Counted from the stretch's first letter, positions 1 to 13,153 are shown. The stretch is 64,000 bases of DNA from Mobula hypostoma (GCF_963921235.1 NC_086109.1:31436001-31500000); one strand, 5' to 3'. Numbers and translations: made by a program. The notes: a model not told the origin generated them from the letters alone.

Positions 1-159
1 GCAGAGCTGGAACAAGATATCCCTTTCTGCATTTTTCAGTCTTCTTCCCTGGAAAATATATCAGACATTTTTTTTACAAAAAGTAATATTGATCACTTGA
101 TTAAATTATCATGTGATAATTTAAGCTGATTTTTTTTTGCACAGTAACAATATGTAGGG

Positions 160-990
160 GCATAGAGTTATAGAGCATTATCACACAGAAACAGGTCCTT
201 TGGCCCATCTAATCCATGCCAACCTTGTATTCTGCCTGGTCCCATCTATCTTTACCTGGGCAATAGCCCTCCATACCTCTCTCATCTACAGTAGGTACCT
301 ATCAATACTTCTCCTGAATGTTACAATTGAACTCGCACCTACCACTTTCGCTGGCAGCTCTTTCCGCGCTTACACCACCTTCTCAGTGAAGAAGTTCCCT
401 CTCAGATTACCCTGAAGTATTTCACCTTTCACACTAATCCTACAACCTCTGCTTCTAGTCTCTCCCTAGCCTGAAGGGAAAATCCTGCAAGCATTCACGC
501 TCATAAATTTGTATACCTCTATAAGATCTAAATTTTCCTGCTCTTCAATGAATGAACTCTTAACTTATTCAACCTTTCCATATAACTCAAGTCTTCAAGA
601 TCCAGAGTCCTTCTTGTATATTTTTCTGTACTCTTTCAAGCTTATTAATATCTTTCCGATAGGTGGGTAGCCAGAACTGTACAGAATACTCCAAATTTGG
701 CCTTACCACCATCCTATACAACTTCAACATAACATCCCAATTATTGTACTCAATGCCCCAATGTGATGCCATTACAAGGAATTAAGGATCTGTATTTGCA
801 GGGTCCCTTGTTCTACATCACACCCGTGTCCAATAATCCACTGTGTAGCTTTTACCCTGATTTGCCCTCCCAAAATGCAACGCCTCCCCCTTATATGCGT
901 TAAATTCCATTGACCATTCTTCAGCCAGTTTCCAGTTCGTCCAGATCCTCCTGCAAGCTTTGACAATCTGCCTCGCTGCCCACTATGCTC
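160..990 (-). mobile_element. CR1 LINE 3' fragment (ORF2 RT C-terminus and 3' UTR), degenerate
   Basis: ORF 587..772 LKLYRMVVRPNLEYSVQFW...LERVQK is the typical CR1 ORF2 C-terminal motif; tail near 160-200. Confidence 0.85.
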
Positions 991-1529
991 CTAATTTATT
1001 GCCCTGCTCTTTCTAATAATTCTTTAATATTATCATCTTGACATTCTTATGTTATGATATTCATAGCTGATTGCATTCATTTGAAAGTTCTTGTCAGTGT
1101 TTGTTTGTTGGATTTATAGTATTTCACTTAGCAGTCTTCAGAAGAATGCTGCCCACTATTCACAAATCTTTTGCTCTGATGTGAACTTGTTTCATATTTT
1201 CCCTAGAGCTCGCCCTTTAGCAATGGTTCTGTCCCTGACATTTTGAAAACCCAGTGCTGCTTATTACGTCTCACATTCCAATTTAACAATTGATCCATTT
1301 CCTTTGTAATGTCCAGGAAATTTTCTTCAGGCAATTAATGCATCAGAACTTTAAAAAAAAATCAGAATTATGGAAGACGAGACTTCAAAGAAGTAAGAAG
1401 TACAGGCAAAAATTCAGATTTTTCAGTTTGTCCACTAAAAGTTTAAATTATTAAGACCACCAAAGGTTGAGGTGTAGACTCCATTTTCCACTACAAGGAT
1501 ACAAGATGCAAAATAAAAGGAACAGGGCT

Positions 1530-1990
1530 GGGTCACCAGGGCTTTCAAACCTGTTCTGCCATCCAATATAATTATGGTTAACTATGCTAGCTTCCATTCC
1601 ACTTCTTTGCCAGTTCCCATAGCTCTCATTTCCTCAATCTTTCAAATACTTTTCTTTTTCCTCCTTAACTGTTTCTGATCATCTGTCTTCTAACTTCCCT
1701 TCAGAGCAGAAAATTACAGAGTTTCATGACTGCCTGAGAGACATATTTTCTAAACTCCTCACTTCAAATGACCAGCCCCTTATTTGTAACTTTGGCCCCT
1801 TGTTTGAGACTCTTGCCCTGGTAGAAACATCTCAACCATGCTGATAGAATCTTAAAAGTTTGAATAAGGTCACACCTTTCTAAACTCCAAGGAATACTGA
1901 CCTAAAATGTCTTACATCTCCTGGAAGGACAATCCTCTCATTTCAAGAATTTGCCAACTGAATCTTCTTCAAGCTGTCTCCAAGTTAATA
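1530..1990 (-). mobile_element. Old CR1 3' remnant
   Basis: Degenerate similarity to the other CR1 3' ends in the window (e.g. 27870-28350). Confidence 0.5.
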
Positions 1991-2027
1991 AATGTCACCT
2001 CTGGCAAAATTGATCACATCCACAAAC

Positions 2028-2250
2028 TTCAAAGTTCAAACTTCATAAGTACATTTATTATCAAAATAGGTATAAATTGTACAACTGAGATTCGTCTGCT
2101 TACAGGCAGACATGAAGCAAGAAACCCAAAAGTACTGAATTTTAACAGAAACACCAACACCCAATACCCGGAGAGAGAGGAAAAAAACTCAAATAATGCA
2201 AACAATCAAAGCAAGCAACAGCATTCTGAACCAAATTGATTCCACAGATA
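2028..2250 (-). mobile_element. Rex/Babar-like LINE 3' end remnant
   Basis: TTCAAAGTTCAAA...ACATTTATTATCAAA end resembles 47585-47660 and 62380-62420. Confidence 0.45.
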
Positions 2251-2529
2251 TGGAGTCTGGATCTATGGCCATGAAGCCAATATCGCCACAAAGCTTACAG
2301 ACATGAAGCATGTAACAGCCAGAGCAGTCTTACAACATCAGCGCAGCAGAGAGAGGAGTAAACATCAAAGAAGAGCGAGTGGAATTGGCCTTATCCTCGC
2401 CTCTGGTCCCAACACCCTGTCTTATCTTGGAAATATCTTCTTCTCTCAGTCACTCATTTGTGTATTACAGTCCTGCTGCAATGATCAGAGCTCCAAAATT
2501 GAGTACAACTCTCCAATTAAAACAACATA

Positions 2530-2760
2530 GTGACATGGCTGCCTCACAGATGTAGGGATATGGATTTAATTCGGACACGTTAGGCCTTCTGTTTGGTGTG
2601 GCTGTTTTCCCTGTGACTGCATAGAATTCTGCTGGGTGTTGTGGTTTCCTGCCGCATCTCAACGATGTGTTGGTGGCTTAATTATCTAACTATAAATTAC
2701 CTCTTTATATAGGGCTAATTGCCTAGACTGGTACTGGGCCAAATTACAACCTTCTATGTG
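2530..2760 (+). mobile_element. Degenerate V-SINE (HE1-like)
   Basis: GCTGCCTCACAG head and V-domain-like TTCCCTGTGACTGCATAG...GGTTTCCTGCCGCATC. Confidence 0.55.
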
Positions 2761-3064
2761 ATAATAAGTAAGTACTGAGAGAAGGCTATACTATGGAATT
2801 GGTATTATTTTGTACAATCAAGTCCTGCACAAGAATCCTGAGGACAAAAATGAAGGCTGATACTTCAAAGCAGGAATATACAAATAGTAGGTGCCTTTGT
2901 ACTAATTCATAGAATGGAAGAATTCCCTGCAAACTTCTGGCCTATATTTATCACACAATATACATTACCAAAACCAATTACCTATTATTAAATTGATTGT
3001 ACACACTTCCCCTATCACAGGCATAGTATCTCAATGGCTGGACAACCCTTAGGGAGGCCATGAA

Positions 3065-3359
3065 TGTCAGGAAATATTGTGGAGGCTTGACGCAAATGCA
3101 GAGGAGTGGAGACGATTTCAAAGAGAGCGATCACTTTAATAATTATCTGCCACAAGGGGCCACAAAACAAGAGAGAACAGATACTTGACAAGGTCACAAG
3201 GTAACTGAAGTCTAGTCACAACTGGTTGAGGTTGGTTGGTTTGATGGGTGATCAAGGACTGTGGATGAGAGTTGGGTTTAAATAGGTTGCAGGTGATGAA
3301 TTAGAAATGAGTGACAGGTAAATTCTGTTAGCTGGCTGGAGGCCGGGAGATGCCTAACA
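3065..3359 (-). repeat. 3' LTR of Gypsy element 1
   Basis: TGTCAGG...CCTAACA; similar to 9447-9740 and to the reverse complement of 34329-34667; adjacent purine tract on the minus strand. Confidence 0.85.
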
Positions 3360-4216
3360 GGGACCCCCCACCCCTCCTACAGCTGGCACAGAATAGTTCA
3401 GGGAAACCCAGATCGATTAGGTGGAACTCCTCAATGGCAATGGATTCAAGATGAAACTAGATGGCGCAAGGTCAAGCAGGTAATGCACACTCCGTCCATG
3501 ATGAGGTGAATCCATCAACCAGTGAACCATATACAATGGGCCACTTCCCAATATCCTAGGTTCCAGAGGTGCAGACTCAGGTGGATTGAGTGGTTGATGG
3601 ACAATGGGTTGAGGCAGGACATGTGGAATGTAGATGTGATCCTGAGGAACGGTGGCTGCTGGAGTCAGTAAGTGACAGGATTGTTACGATGGCTGATTTG
3701 TAAGGAATCAATGAACTGGGGTGATAGCTTGCGGAAATCACTGCTCAGGGACAGATCTTGGGTGGACAGCCAGAGACAGTCCCCAGGCTGGTGTAGTCTG
3801 GCTTGGCACTCCTGGTGGCAGTAGGCACAGCTGGCAGCTAGGATTGCTTTCCTCCAAGCATTTTGGCAGCAGCGTACCAGGGCAATGATGAATGAGACCT
3901 CTGTCTTTGGCTCTTCCAAAGGCAATTTCAAAGAGAGACATAAATGGCAAAGGAAGTGTCTAGATTGTGGGACAGTTCAGCCCACGTGGAAGAGTTCGAG
4001 GCAATGAAGCATCACAGAAACTTCAATTTCTGATTGGCTCTTTCTGACTAATAGTTAGTCTGACAGATGATAGCTAAAGGACAAATTCATTGAGATGTAG
4101 AGGAGGAAGCAAAAGGCCCATCAGAAGAGGGAAGTGGAATTGTGGACCCTGGTCTGACACAAGGTCCATAGGGAAACTGTGGGGGTGAACTACATGTTGA
4201 ACAACCAGATCTGCTG

Positions 4217-5015
4217 TGTCATAAAGGGGGGCGCTGGTGGCGGACTCAAATGCAAGACACAGACACTGACGTTATAGGAAAAGGACCAGGAGTAGAGTTC
4301 AGCAAACAAGGGAAGTGGGGACGAAAGGTCACAGGACATTGACACAGGCCCTGGACGAGACTAGGAGGCAGGGCCTGGGCTAGGACATGGACAGAAAACA
4401 CAGAATCCGGACAAGGAACTAGGAACAAGGAGCCTGGACTAGTGACATGGAACTCCGGAACCAGAACCTGGGCCTTGTTTGGGACTAGGAACCTGGGTCT
4501 TGACTTGGAACCAGAACCCGGGTCTGGGCTAGGACTCAGGACTAGGACCTTGGCAAGGACAGGACGTGGAACTCCTGCACAGGACGAGGCACATGGACAG
4601 GACGAGAACACAAAGCCTTGACATTGGACAGGATGGGGTAACCCCAGCACAGGACAAGGGAACCCCAGCAACGGGCTGGGCGAGGTACTCCTGGGCTGGG
4701 CGAGGCACATAGACAGGACAAGAACATGAAACCATGACTTGGACTGGATGAGGTTCTTGGACGTGACTCGGACTAGGCGAGGTACTTGAACGTGACCCGG
4801 ACTAGGTGAGGTACTCCTGGGTTGGGCGAGGCACAAGGACAGAATGAGACCCCAAAGCCTTAACTTGGTCTTGGGAGACAGGAACTGCCCAAACAAGAAT
4901 CATGTGCCTTAATTAGAGCACCCAACAGAACAATGGACAACCGGAAAACCTGGAATACGGATCAACGGACCGAAGCGTGAACCGGAATGCGGACTTTGCG
5001 GACCGGACCGTGACA
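4217..5015. mobile_element. Solo LTR of a different family, with internal tandem repeats, inserted in the Gypsy integrase region
   Basis: TGTCA...TGACA termini; perfect 5-bp TSD TGCTG at 4212-4216 and 5016-5020; GGAC/GGAAC-rich repeats. Confidence 0.85.
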
Positions 5016-5887
5016 TGCTGTCTCAGTGTCTGAGAGTAGTTAGGGGACAGCAGTGAAGTGGGCTGCCTTGGAGAAACCAGTCCACCACTATCATTATCAC
5101 CATGACCCCATTGGAAGGTGGCAAACCCATGATGAAATCCATAGCGATGTGGGACTACAGGCACTAAGGGACTGGTAGGGGCTGCAGGAGCCTAGAGGGC
5201 CACTGGTTGAAGGAGTCAGATTGGGAGCATTGAGGGCAGGCAGCGATGAATTGACGTACATTGTTGACCACGCTGAGACGCCAGAACAGGCGCTGCAGAA
5301 CATCCAGGGTCTGTTGAGTGCCTGGATTCCAGAGAAAGGCCACTGGAGTGCTTCAGAGCACAGAGCTGCCAGTACATACATATGATTGTCAGGCATGTTG
5401 GCCTGTGCAACCTAGTCCTGTAGGGACTGCTGGACGTGGTTCCCAAAATCCCAGACAAGCAGTGCGGGAATCTGGGCGGATTGAATGACGGGCTGATGGT
5501 CAATCTCCAATTCAGCTGGGGTGAACTGTTGTAACAGGGCATCTGCTTTAGCATTCTTGGAGACGGGTTGGTAGGAGATGGTGAAGTTGAATTGCTCGAA
5601 GAAGAAGGCCCAATGGGCCTGACATGGCTTGATGAATGGATAGGAGATTCTGGTGGTCAGTCCAGATCAGGAGATCCTGATTGGTGTTCCCCATCAGCCA
5701 CTCCTCCAAGGCCCATTTAATGGCAAGTAGCTCCCTGTCTCCTATTTCATAATGGCGTTACATAGAGTTGAACTTGAATGATAAGAAGGCACAAGGGTGT
5801 GTCTTTCCATCCATCCTCACTGGGAGTGAATCACCTTGGCAAGCACATCAGATGTGAGCAGCTCTACCTTAAAAGGTCCAGAGAGGT

Positions 5888-6524
5888 TCATAGATCATTG
5901 AAATTTACAGCACATTACAGGCCCTTCAACCCACATTGTTGTGCCGACCATGTAACCTACTCTAGAGACTGCTTAGAATTTTCCTAGTACATAGCCCTCT
6001 AGTTTTCTATGCTCCATGTACCTATCTAAGAGGCTCCTAAAAGATCCTATTGTATCCGGTTCTACCACCACTGCCGGCAGTACATTCCATGTACCCAGCA
6101 CTCTCTGTGTGAAAAACTTACCCCTGACATCCCTCGGTACCTATTTCCAAGCACCTTAAAACTATGCCCCCTTGTGTTAGCCATTTCACCCCTAGGAAAA
6201 AGCCTCTGGCTATCCACATGACCAATGGCCCCTCATCATTTTATACAACTCTATCAGGTCACTTTTCATCCTCCGTTGCTCCAAGGAGAAAAGGCCAAGT
6301 ACACTCAACCTATTCTCATAAGGTATGCCCGCCAATCCAGGCAACATCCTTGTAAATCTCCTCTGCACTCTTTCTATAGTATCCACATCCTTCCTGTAGT
6401 GAGGTGACTAGAACTGAACACAGTGCTCCAAGTGAGGTCTGACAAAGGTCTTATATAATTGTAACATTACCTCAAGGCTCTTGAACTCAATCCCATGGTT
6501 GACGAATGCCAACACATCATATGC
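5888..6524 (-). mobile_element. CR1 3' fragment
   Basis: MLQLYKTFVRPHLEHCVQF motif and CR1 3' UTR. Confidence 0.85.
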
Positions 6525-7877
6525 CTGTGGAAAGCGGCCAGTGAGTGAGTGGGCCAGTGAAGGAGTGAAGCTTTGAGGCTTTGACTCGAGAGGCTTCAAC
6601 GAGAAGAGGCAGAGGATGAGCTTGTTCCCAGTTAGTCTTTACAACTCCTCCTGAGACGGTTATGTGCCTCTCATGTGAGATGTGGCATTCTAGAGAGAAC
6701 GGCCCTCTCCCGCAGAGTCACATCTACCAGAAGTGCATGTGGCTGGGTGATCTGGAAGACCGTGTAAGGAACCTGGAGCAGCAGCTTGATAATTTTTGAC
6801 TCATAAGGGAGAATGAGGCAGTCATAGATGAGAGCTACAGGGAGGTAGTCACACCTAGGCTGCCAGAAGCAGGTTGTTGGGTGACAGTCAGAAAGGGGAA
6901 AGCAAAGGTGAATAGACAGGTAGTGCAGAGCACCCTTGTAGCCATTCCCCTGAATAATAACTTTACTGTCCTGGATACTGTTGGCGGGGACGACTGACCA
7001 GGTGTGATCCACGGTGGCAGGGCCTCTGGCACTGAGTCTGACCCTGTGGTGCAGAAGGTGGGATGGAGAAGAGGAGAGCTATCATCATTGGAGACTCTAT
7101 AGTCAGGGGATCAGACAGGAGATTTTACGGACATGATAAGGACACCCGCATGGTTTGTCGCCTCCCGGGTACCAGGGTCCGGGATGTCTCTGACCGGGTG
7201 CACGACATCCTGGTACGAGAGGGAAAGCAACCAGAAGTCGTGATACATGTTGGCACCAACGACATAGGCAGGAAGAGGGATGAGGTCCTGAAGTGTGAGT
7301 TTCGGGAACTAGGCAGAAGGCTGAAGAACGGGACCTCAAGGGTAGCATTCTCAGGATTGCTGCCAGTGCTACGTGATAGTGATGGTAAGAATTAGAGGAG
7401 ATGACAGTTGAATGTGTGGCTGAGGAGTTGGTGCAGGGGGCAGGGTTTTAGATTTTGGGATCATTGGGATCATTGGGATCTCTTCTGGGGAAGATGTGAC
7501 CTGTACAGATTGGATGGGTTGCACCTAAACTCGAGGGGGAGCAATATCCTTGCAGGTAAGTTTGCTAGCATGGTTCGGGAGGGTTTAAACTAATTTGCAG
7601 GGAGGATGGGACTCGGAGCGATAGAGCAGTGAAAGAAGTACATGGAGTAAAGGCAGATCTAACACATAGAGAGGCTTTGAGGAAAGAGAAGCAGAATAAA
7701 AGGTATAAAGGTAGTAAGGTAGAAGGGCTAAAGTGCATGTACTTCAATGCAGGAAGCATCAGGAACAAAGATGATGAACTGAGAGCTTGAATACATACAC
7801 AGAATTATGATTTAGTGGCCATTACAGAGACTTGGCTGGCACCAGGGCAGGAAAGGATTCTCAACATTTCTGGATTC
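6525..7877 (+). mobile_element. CR1 5' part: 5' UTR, ORF1 (SGNH esterase) and start of the ORF2 endonuclease
   Basis: IIGDSIVRG...VIHVGTND...DGLHLN esterase motifs; ORF2 start YFNAGSIRNK...AITETWL. Confidence 0.9.
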
Positions 7878-9446
7878 CACAGTAGTTGATACAAGGTCAG
7901 AGACCCCCATCTTGCACCACTGTGGACTGGTATGGTTGAATGAAGCAGTGCTGTAGCACTTCGATGATGTAGTCTTTCATGGCTTGGGTCTCAGGAGGGA
8001 CGATGCCCGGGAGGAGTTCGATCACGCATCATGTGGTCTGTAAAGTGGCAAGCTGCTGGCTTCCCCTTTGCTGAATGCGAGGATGAAGTCATAGTATTTC
8101 TGTGAGAGTTTGGTGACATCAAGGGTTTCCTTTGTCTCCAGGGACTTAGAGGGTGAAGTCAACTGAGGTTTCAGCCAGGTTAGTCCCCAACTAAGCAGGG
8201 CACCAGAAGAGATGACCAGGCGAAGTAAAGATTGTGAGTGGAGAGCCAGGAATAACTCAAGGTGAGACGAACATTGGGTGAGTCGATAAGGAGAAATTGG
8301 ATGGACTCAGTGTGTACACCGACACTTACATGTACAGGCTGTGTGCATCCTCTGACCACAAGGGGTGTCCTTTAATAGCCATGATGCAGAAGGGGTTTGA
8401 GGTAGGCTCAGTAGGGAGTCCACACTGGAGGTATAAGGTCCAATCCAGAAAGTTGCCTTCTCTACCAGAAATACACAATCTCCTGTGTGCATAGAGCTGT
8501 CGGAGTGTGGTGGAGGACAGAGAGAGTGATTTGTGGCATTGTGCTGGAATGTGGGGCCAGGGGATTTTACCACATATACCTCTATCTGGTGGTGATGAGG
8601 TCTCAGACACAGTGGGCATTTGATGCGTGGGTGATCTGTGGCTCTGCAGTAGGTGATCAAGTTGTTTCACCACCAATGCTCAAACTTTTAGGGGTAATGG
8701 GAGCTCTCCCTACCTGCCTGGGCTCTGGAGGCATTGATGATTAAGGTCCTGAAGCATGAAATAGCCCTGAGAATAGAACTGAGCTTCTGGCTGGTGATCT
8801 GGATGGCCCTTCCATAAGATGCTTGCCAACACAGAGGGCCAGAGAGATGAGGCTTTTGATGTCAATGGGCATCTCACAGTTCATCTTTCAAGCACTCCGA
8901 GAGGCCATAATGGTAATGGGCCAGCAGCGCTTCTGCATTCCACGAGGGTTCTCAATTCCGTTGTGTAACCCAGTACCATGTGTGAGCTGTGATGCAGGTG
9001 AAATATCCAATCCATTATTTCCCTTCCACTTTCTGGATGGTCATAAACCCAGTGCATCTCAGCAGTGAGTTTCTCAAATTTATTACAGATGCTGGTCTTA
9101 TTGTCCCAGTTAGCATGCCCCAGGTCAGAGCTCAGCCAGTCAAGAGGGAGAGGACGAAGGCAATTTTGGCTCAGTCCAGAGAATATGGAGGTGACAGCAG
9201 CCTGAAGTGAAAAACACACTGGGACAGGAAGCTGCAGCATCAGGTCTGGGATCCATGGAGGTGTTTGGGCACCAGGATCCAAGGCTCCAAGGGAGGAGGT
9301 TGACTGGACTGGGTTTGCTGTCATAAGCAAGAGAGTTGGTTCATTGTAACAAGCAGGTGGTCTGTGATTTTCTACTGCTTCTGGATCGTGCACTCATTAA
9401 GGCAGAAGTCTTCCTTTTGGCAAGCAAATTCTGTTGGATGAATCAC

Positions 9447-9740
9447 TGTTAGGAAATGTAGAGGAGGCTTTACATGTTGCCACATGTAGAGCAGCAGAGA
9501 CAATTTAGCAGCGAATGATTACATTATTAATAATAAATGGCAAAATAACAAGCCACAATGGTCCGAAAAACAAGAGAGAATGATACTTAACACGACAAAA
9601 TAACTGAAAGCTAATTCAATAGTTCGACTATGGTTGAGTGCTGGGTTTAAATAGGCTGCAGGTGATGAATTGAAAATGAATGGCAGGTGATTTGTTAGCT
9701 GGATAGAGACTGGGAGGTGCCTACCTGTGTAGGCATGACA
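9447..9740 (-). repeat. 5' LTR of Gypsy element 1
   Basis: TGTTAGG...CATGACA; shares blocks such as AAACAAGAGAGAA and TAGGCTGCAGGTGATGAATT with 3065-3359. Confidence 0.85.
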
Positions 9741-10314
9741 CTGAAACACACTATGCAAATAGGAGAAGTCTTGCTATATTAGCAAATCTCAAGTAAGTTT
9801 GTGATTCCTTTTAGATTTATGCCCAGTAGAGAGAAGACAATTAAGAAAATCTGAAATTACATATTATGCAGATTTGTAGACCTTCCGCCAATTTTCCTGT
9901 ACAACAAAATGTGCAAATTGGCACCATACTGAAATATCCATACTTTGCAGTTACCTGGATTTCCTTCAAAGTATTTTTTGTAGAATGTCAAATGAAAGTG
10001 TTGAGCATTTAAGTATTCATATTTTAATATTCCTTGGCACGATTACAAGTTTCAAAACCCTACTGCAAGGGAGGATTTTATGCAAGCTCATTTGAAAAAG
10101 CCTTTGTCTGAACAAGTGACAGCTGTTAGAATGATACAACTCTAGAAAATTAGTAGCTCTATTTTAATTAGTTAAATGTTCAAAATGTATATTCTTTTAG
10201 TAGTTCCTCCCTCATTCAAAAGGACATTTCACATCACTCAGTTTGTCAATAAACAGAAACCTGGAGCACAATATTACTATTTTGGAAATCAACAGAGTGG
10301 AAATGTTTAATAAT

Positions 10315-11905
10315 AAATATAATAGTTATTTTTTTTCTCAGCTCAAGTTGGTAAAATCTGAGGTATGGTATAGCCAAGAACATACATTTCTCAATTGCTA
10401 GGAACTTTCGGACTATTATCGTGGTGTTTTGTATTGTGGCTTTCTGAAGATTTACATAGATATTGTTGTATAGCCCTAATTGTTTAATGCTATTGTGCAC
10501 TGCTTTTGGTAAGATACCAGTTGTAGATATTACTATCTGGATACTTATACCCTGTTCATGTTCCATAGGCTTTCAATTTCCACTTTTAATTCAGCATATC
10601 TCTGGTGTTTTTCACTTATTGATTTCTGTTTGTTATATGTGTTTGGAATAAGTATATCTATTAAGTAAGTTGTTCTTGTTTGCTTATCCTGTAGTATTAT
10701 ATCCAGGCGATTAATATGGATTATCCTATCTACAATAATGATTTGGTCATAATAATATAATTTGTGGGGCTCTGACTCTTAAACTGGATCAGGCTTGTAA
10801 TTATAGTAAGGTGCGGCTTCTTTTATGAGTTTGCACTTTGGAGCAAGATTTCGATGAATGATGTTTGCCACATGATTGTGCATGTGTAAGTAATCAGATT
10901 GAGTTAAACTGCTACAGGATCATGTAATATATTGGATTGTTTCTAGTTTCTCTTGGCATTTTCCACATTTATTGTCTTGAATTTGTTGGTCTGTTATTAT
11001 GTATTTTTGATAATTTTTTTTGTGTTAATCATCTGGTCCTGTATTACCACAAAGAACCCTTCTGTTTCAGGGAAGAGGTCAACAACTCTGAGCTATGCAT
11101 TTGATGTTTCCTTGTCAACATCTAGTCTGTTCAGATCATGGTGATGTCTTCCATGCCCTTCCATTGGTTCTTTTACTTCAATAGGGATAATTTCCTCATT
11201 TTTCTAGGTTGTGCTCTCATTGAGGTTTAGTGGTATGCCCTTCTTAGCAGAATTGCACATGCTTGTGTGGAGTGCTGAATCCTATTTTCATTAATGAAAA
11301 TATATCCTTAGAAGTTTTCTCTGACTATTTAAAGTTTTAGTGCCTGTTATTCCTCTTCCTGTTTCTGTTCTAGATAGTGTTAACCTAAGCATGTTCCAGT
11401 GTACATAGTATTTTCTGAAATTTGTCATTTCAGTTCTTAATTTTCTTTGTAAATTTTCCAGATCCGTTTCAGACCAAGATATTATGCCAAAGAATACGTT
11501 AATATGGGTATTGCGAAAGTGTTTATTGCCTTTGTTATTCTTTTGCTATTGAACTCTGTTTGGCAGATTTTCTTAAGCTTTGAAGTAAATTCTGTCAAAG
11601 GATTTCCCTTTATTACACAATGATGTAATTTCTTTGCTTGTTGATATTTCAGATGCTTATATGCTTTATATTTATCCATCAGTTGTATCGTATCCAGCTG
11701 CTCTGTTTTGTATTCTACTAGTTCTATTGCTCGCTTCTTTAGGTTTAATGATCTGCACTTATCTACTTCAAAGTTCATGTTTATATCTTTAGAACATAGT
11801 TCTACTATTTGAATTAATTGCTCTAGCTTTGCTGATGAAGGAGGGTATAATTTTAAATTATCCATATGCAGAATGTGTTCAGGATATAATTCATTTTCTT
11901 GATTC
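10315..11905 (-). mobile_element. R4/Dong-clade non-LTR retrotransposon, 5'-truncated (RT, zinc knuckle, restriction-like endonuclease)
   Basis: MDNLKLY (MDDLKLY-like), INTFAIPILTYS, HNHVANIIH, NRLDII...LIDILIP motifs; AT-rich; TAA-type tail. Confidence 0.8.
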
Positions 11906-11934
11906 TGAAGATGATGGTTATTGTTATTGTTATT

Positions 11935-12220
11935 GCTGAATTAAAAGAGAAAATTGAAAGACTATGAACATGAATGAGATATACATTGTCCTAATAGTAA
12001 TATCTACAACTAGTATAATCCCAAAGTCACTACACAATAGCATTAAACAATTAGGGCTACACAGCAATATTTATATAAATCTCCAGAAAACCTCAATACT
12101 AAACACCACTAGAATAGTCTGAAAGTTCCTAAAAATTAAGATATGAGTGTGCTTGGCTATGTCCGTATGTCAGGCTTTACCTGCTGGAGCTGAGAAAAAT
12201 AAAAAATAGAATAATAATAA
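11935..12220 (+). mobile_element. Second R4/Dong 3' fragment, inverted relative to the first
   Basis: Reverse-complement similarity to 10325-10590; ends in AATAATAATAA. Confidence 0.8.
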
Positions 12221-13153
12221 CTTATTTAAATCGCTCATTTCACACAAATGATGTAGTCCAAAAGTGATTTATAGTAGGATAAAGTGCAAACATGAAAATA
12301 TAAAAAAAACAAGGTTAAATAAATAGGTTTTGAGCTGGCATTTAGAAGTGTTAACTGAGTCTGTATCTCTTATACTTTGAGGTATTGTGTTCCACAGTTA
12401 AATATAGTAGTGGTAAGTGACTTAACAATTATCTTTTGAGGGAGATTGTTTAAAACTACGAAACTGGTGGAAGAGGATGAGAGCTCAAGCAGGATGATAA
12501 AATGAAAAAGATTCTGTGATGTATTCCAGCCCTGGACCGTTGAGAGCTTTAAAAACAAGTAAGAGATCTTTATAATCAAGTCTACAAGATACAAGAAGCC
12601 AATGCAAAGTAGTTAAAAGTTTTCGTTAAACATTTAGCAATGGTGTTCTGAGTGAGTTGAAATTTGTCAATAAGTTGCTTTGGAAACCCAGTAAAAAAGG
12701 TATTACAGTAATCTGATCTATTTGATATAAAGGCATGAATTAGTTTTCCAGCATCAGTTCATGACAGAAATTAACATACCTTCGCAATCTTTCTTTCTTG
12801 TAAAAATGCTGCTCTGGTCACTTTCTTTATCTGAGAGTTAGAATTCAAATCTGAATCAAGGCTTGTTATTTTTGATTTTACAAGAGTAGCCAAGTTCCCA
12901 AGTTCATCAAGAGGTTTATCTCTTTTGACTTTGGAACCAACAAAAAATATTTCATTTAGCTTAGCAAATTATTGGTCATCCATTTGTTTATGCAGCCATA
13001 CCAGAAGTCAGAGAAGATAGAGAATTGTATATAAGCTGATATACAATTGTCTATTATCCGTACAAATGTGGAAATCAAGTTTATTCTCTAATAACACACA
13101 TCAAAGTTGCTGGTGAACGCAGCAGGCCAGGCAGCATCTGTAGGAAGAGGTGC

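Larger units (their letters stand above)
3065..9740 (-). mobile_element. Degenerate Ty3/Gypsy chromovirus (sushi-like) LTR retrotransposon carrying nested insertions
   Basis: Related LTRs at 3065-3359 and 9447-9740 (TG...CA); TSD ATGAA/CTGAA; PPT 3360-3378; remnants of gag (~8880-9390), protease, RT start (DGGL*PCINYCG ~7880-7950), RNase H (~5560-5880), integrase and chromodomain (~3400-3600). Confidence 0.85.

Noticed and set aside
4290..4840. CRISPR-like repeat array
   Set aside because: Units are irregular with no unique spacers, there are no cas genes, and the context is eukaryotic
4246..4896. 216-aa ORF as a host gene
   Set aside because: It lies entirely within a TSD-flanked solo LTR and is a low-complexity translation of tandem repeats
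7063..7593. Host SGNH hydrolase gene
   Set aside because: It is the CR1 ORF1 esterase with stop codons, followed directly by ORF2
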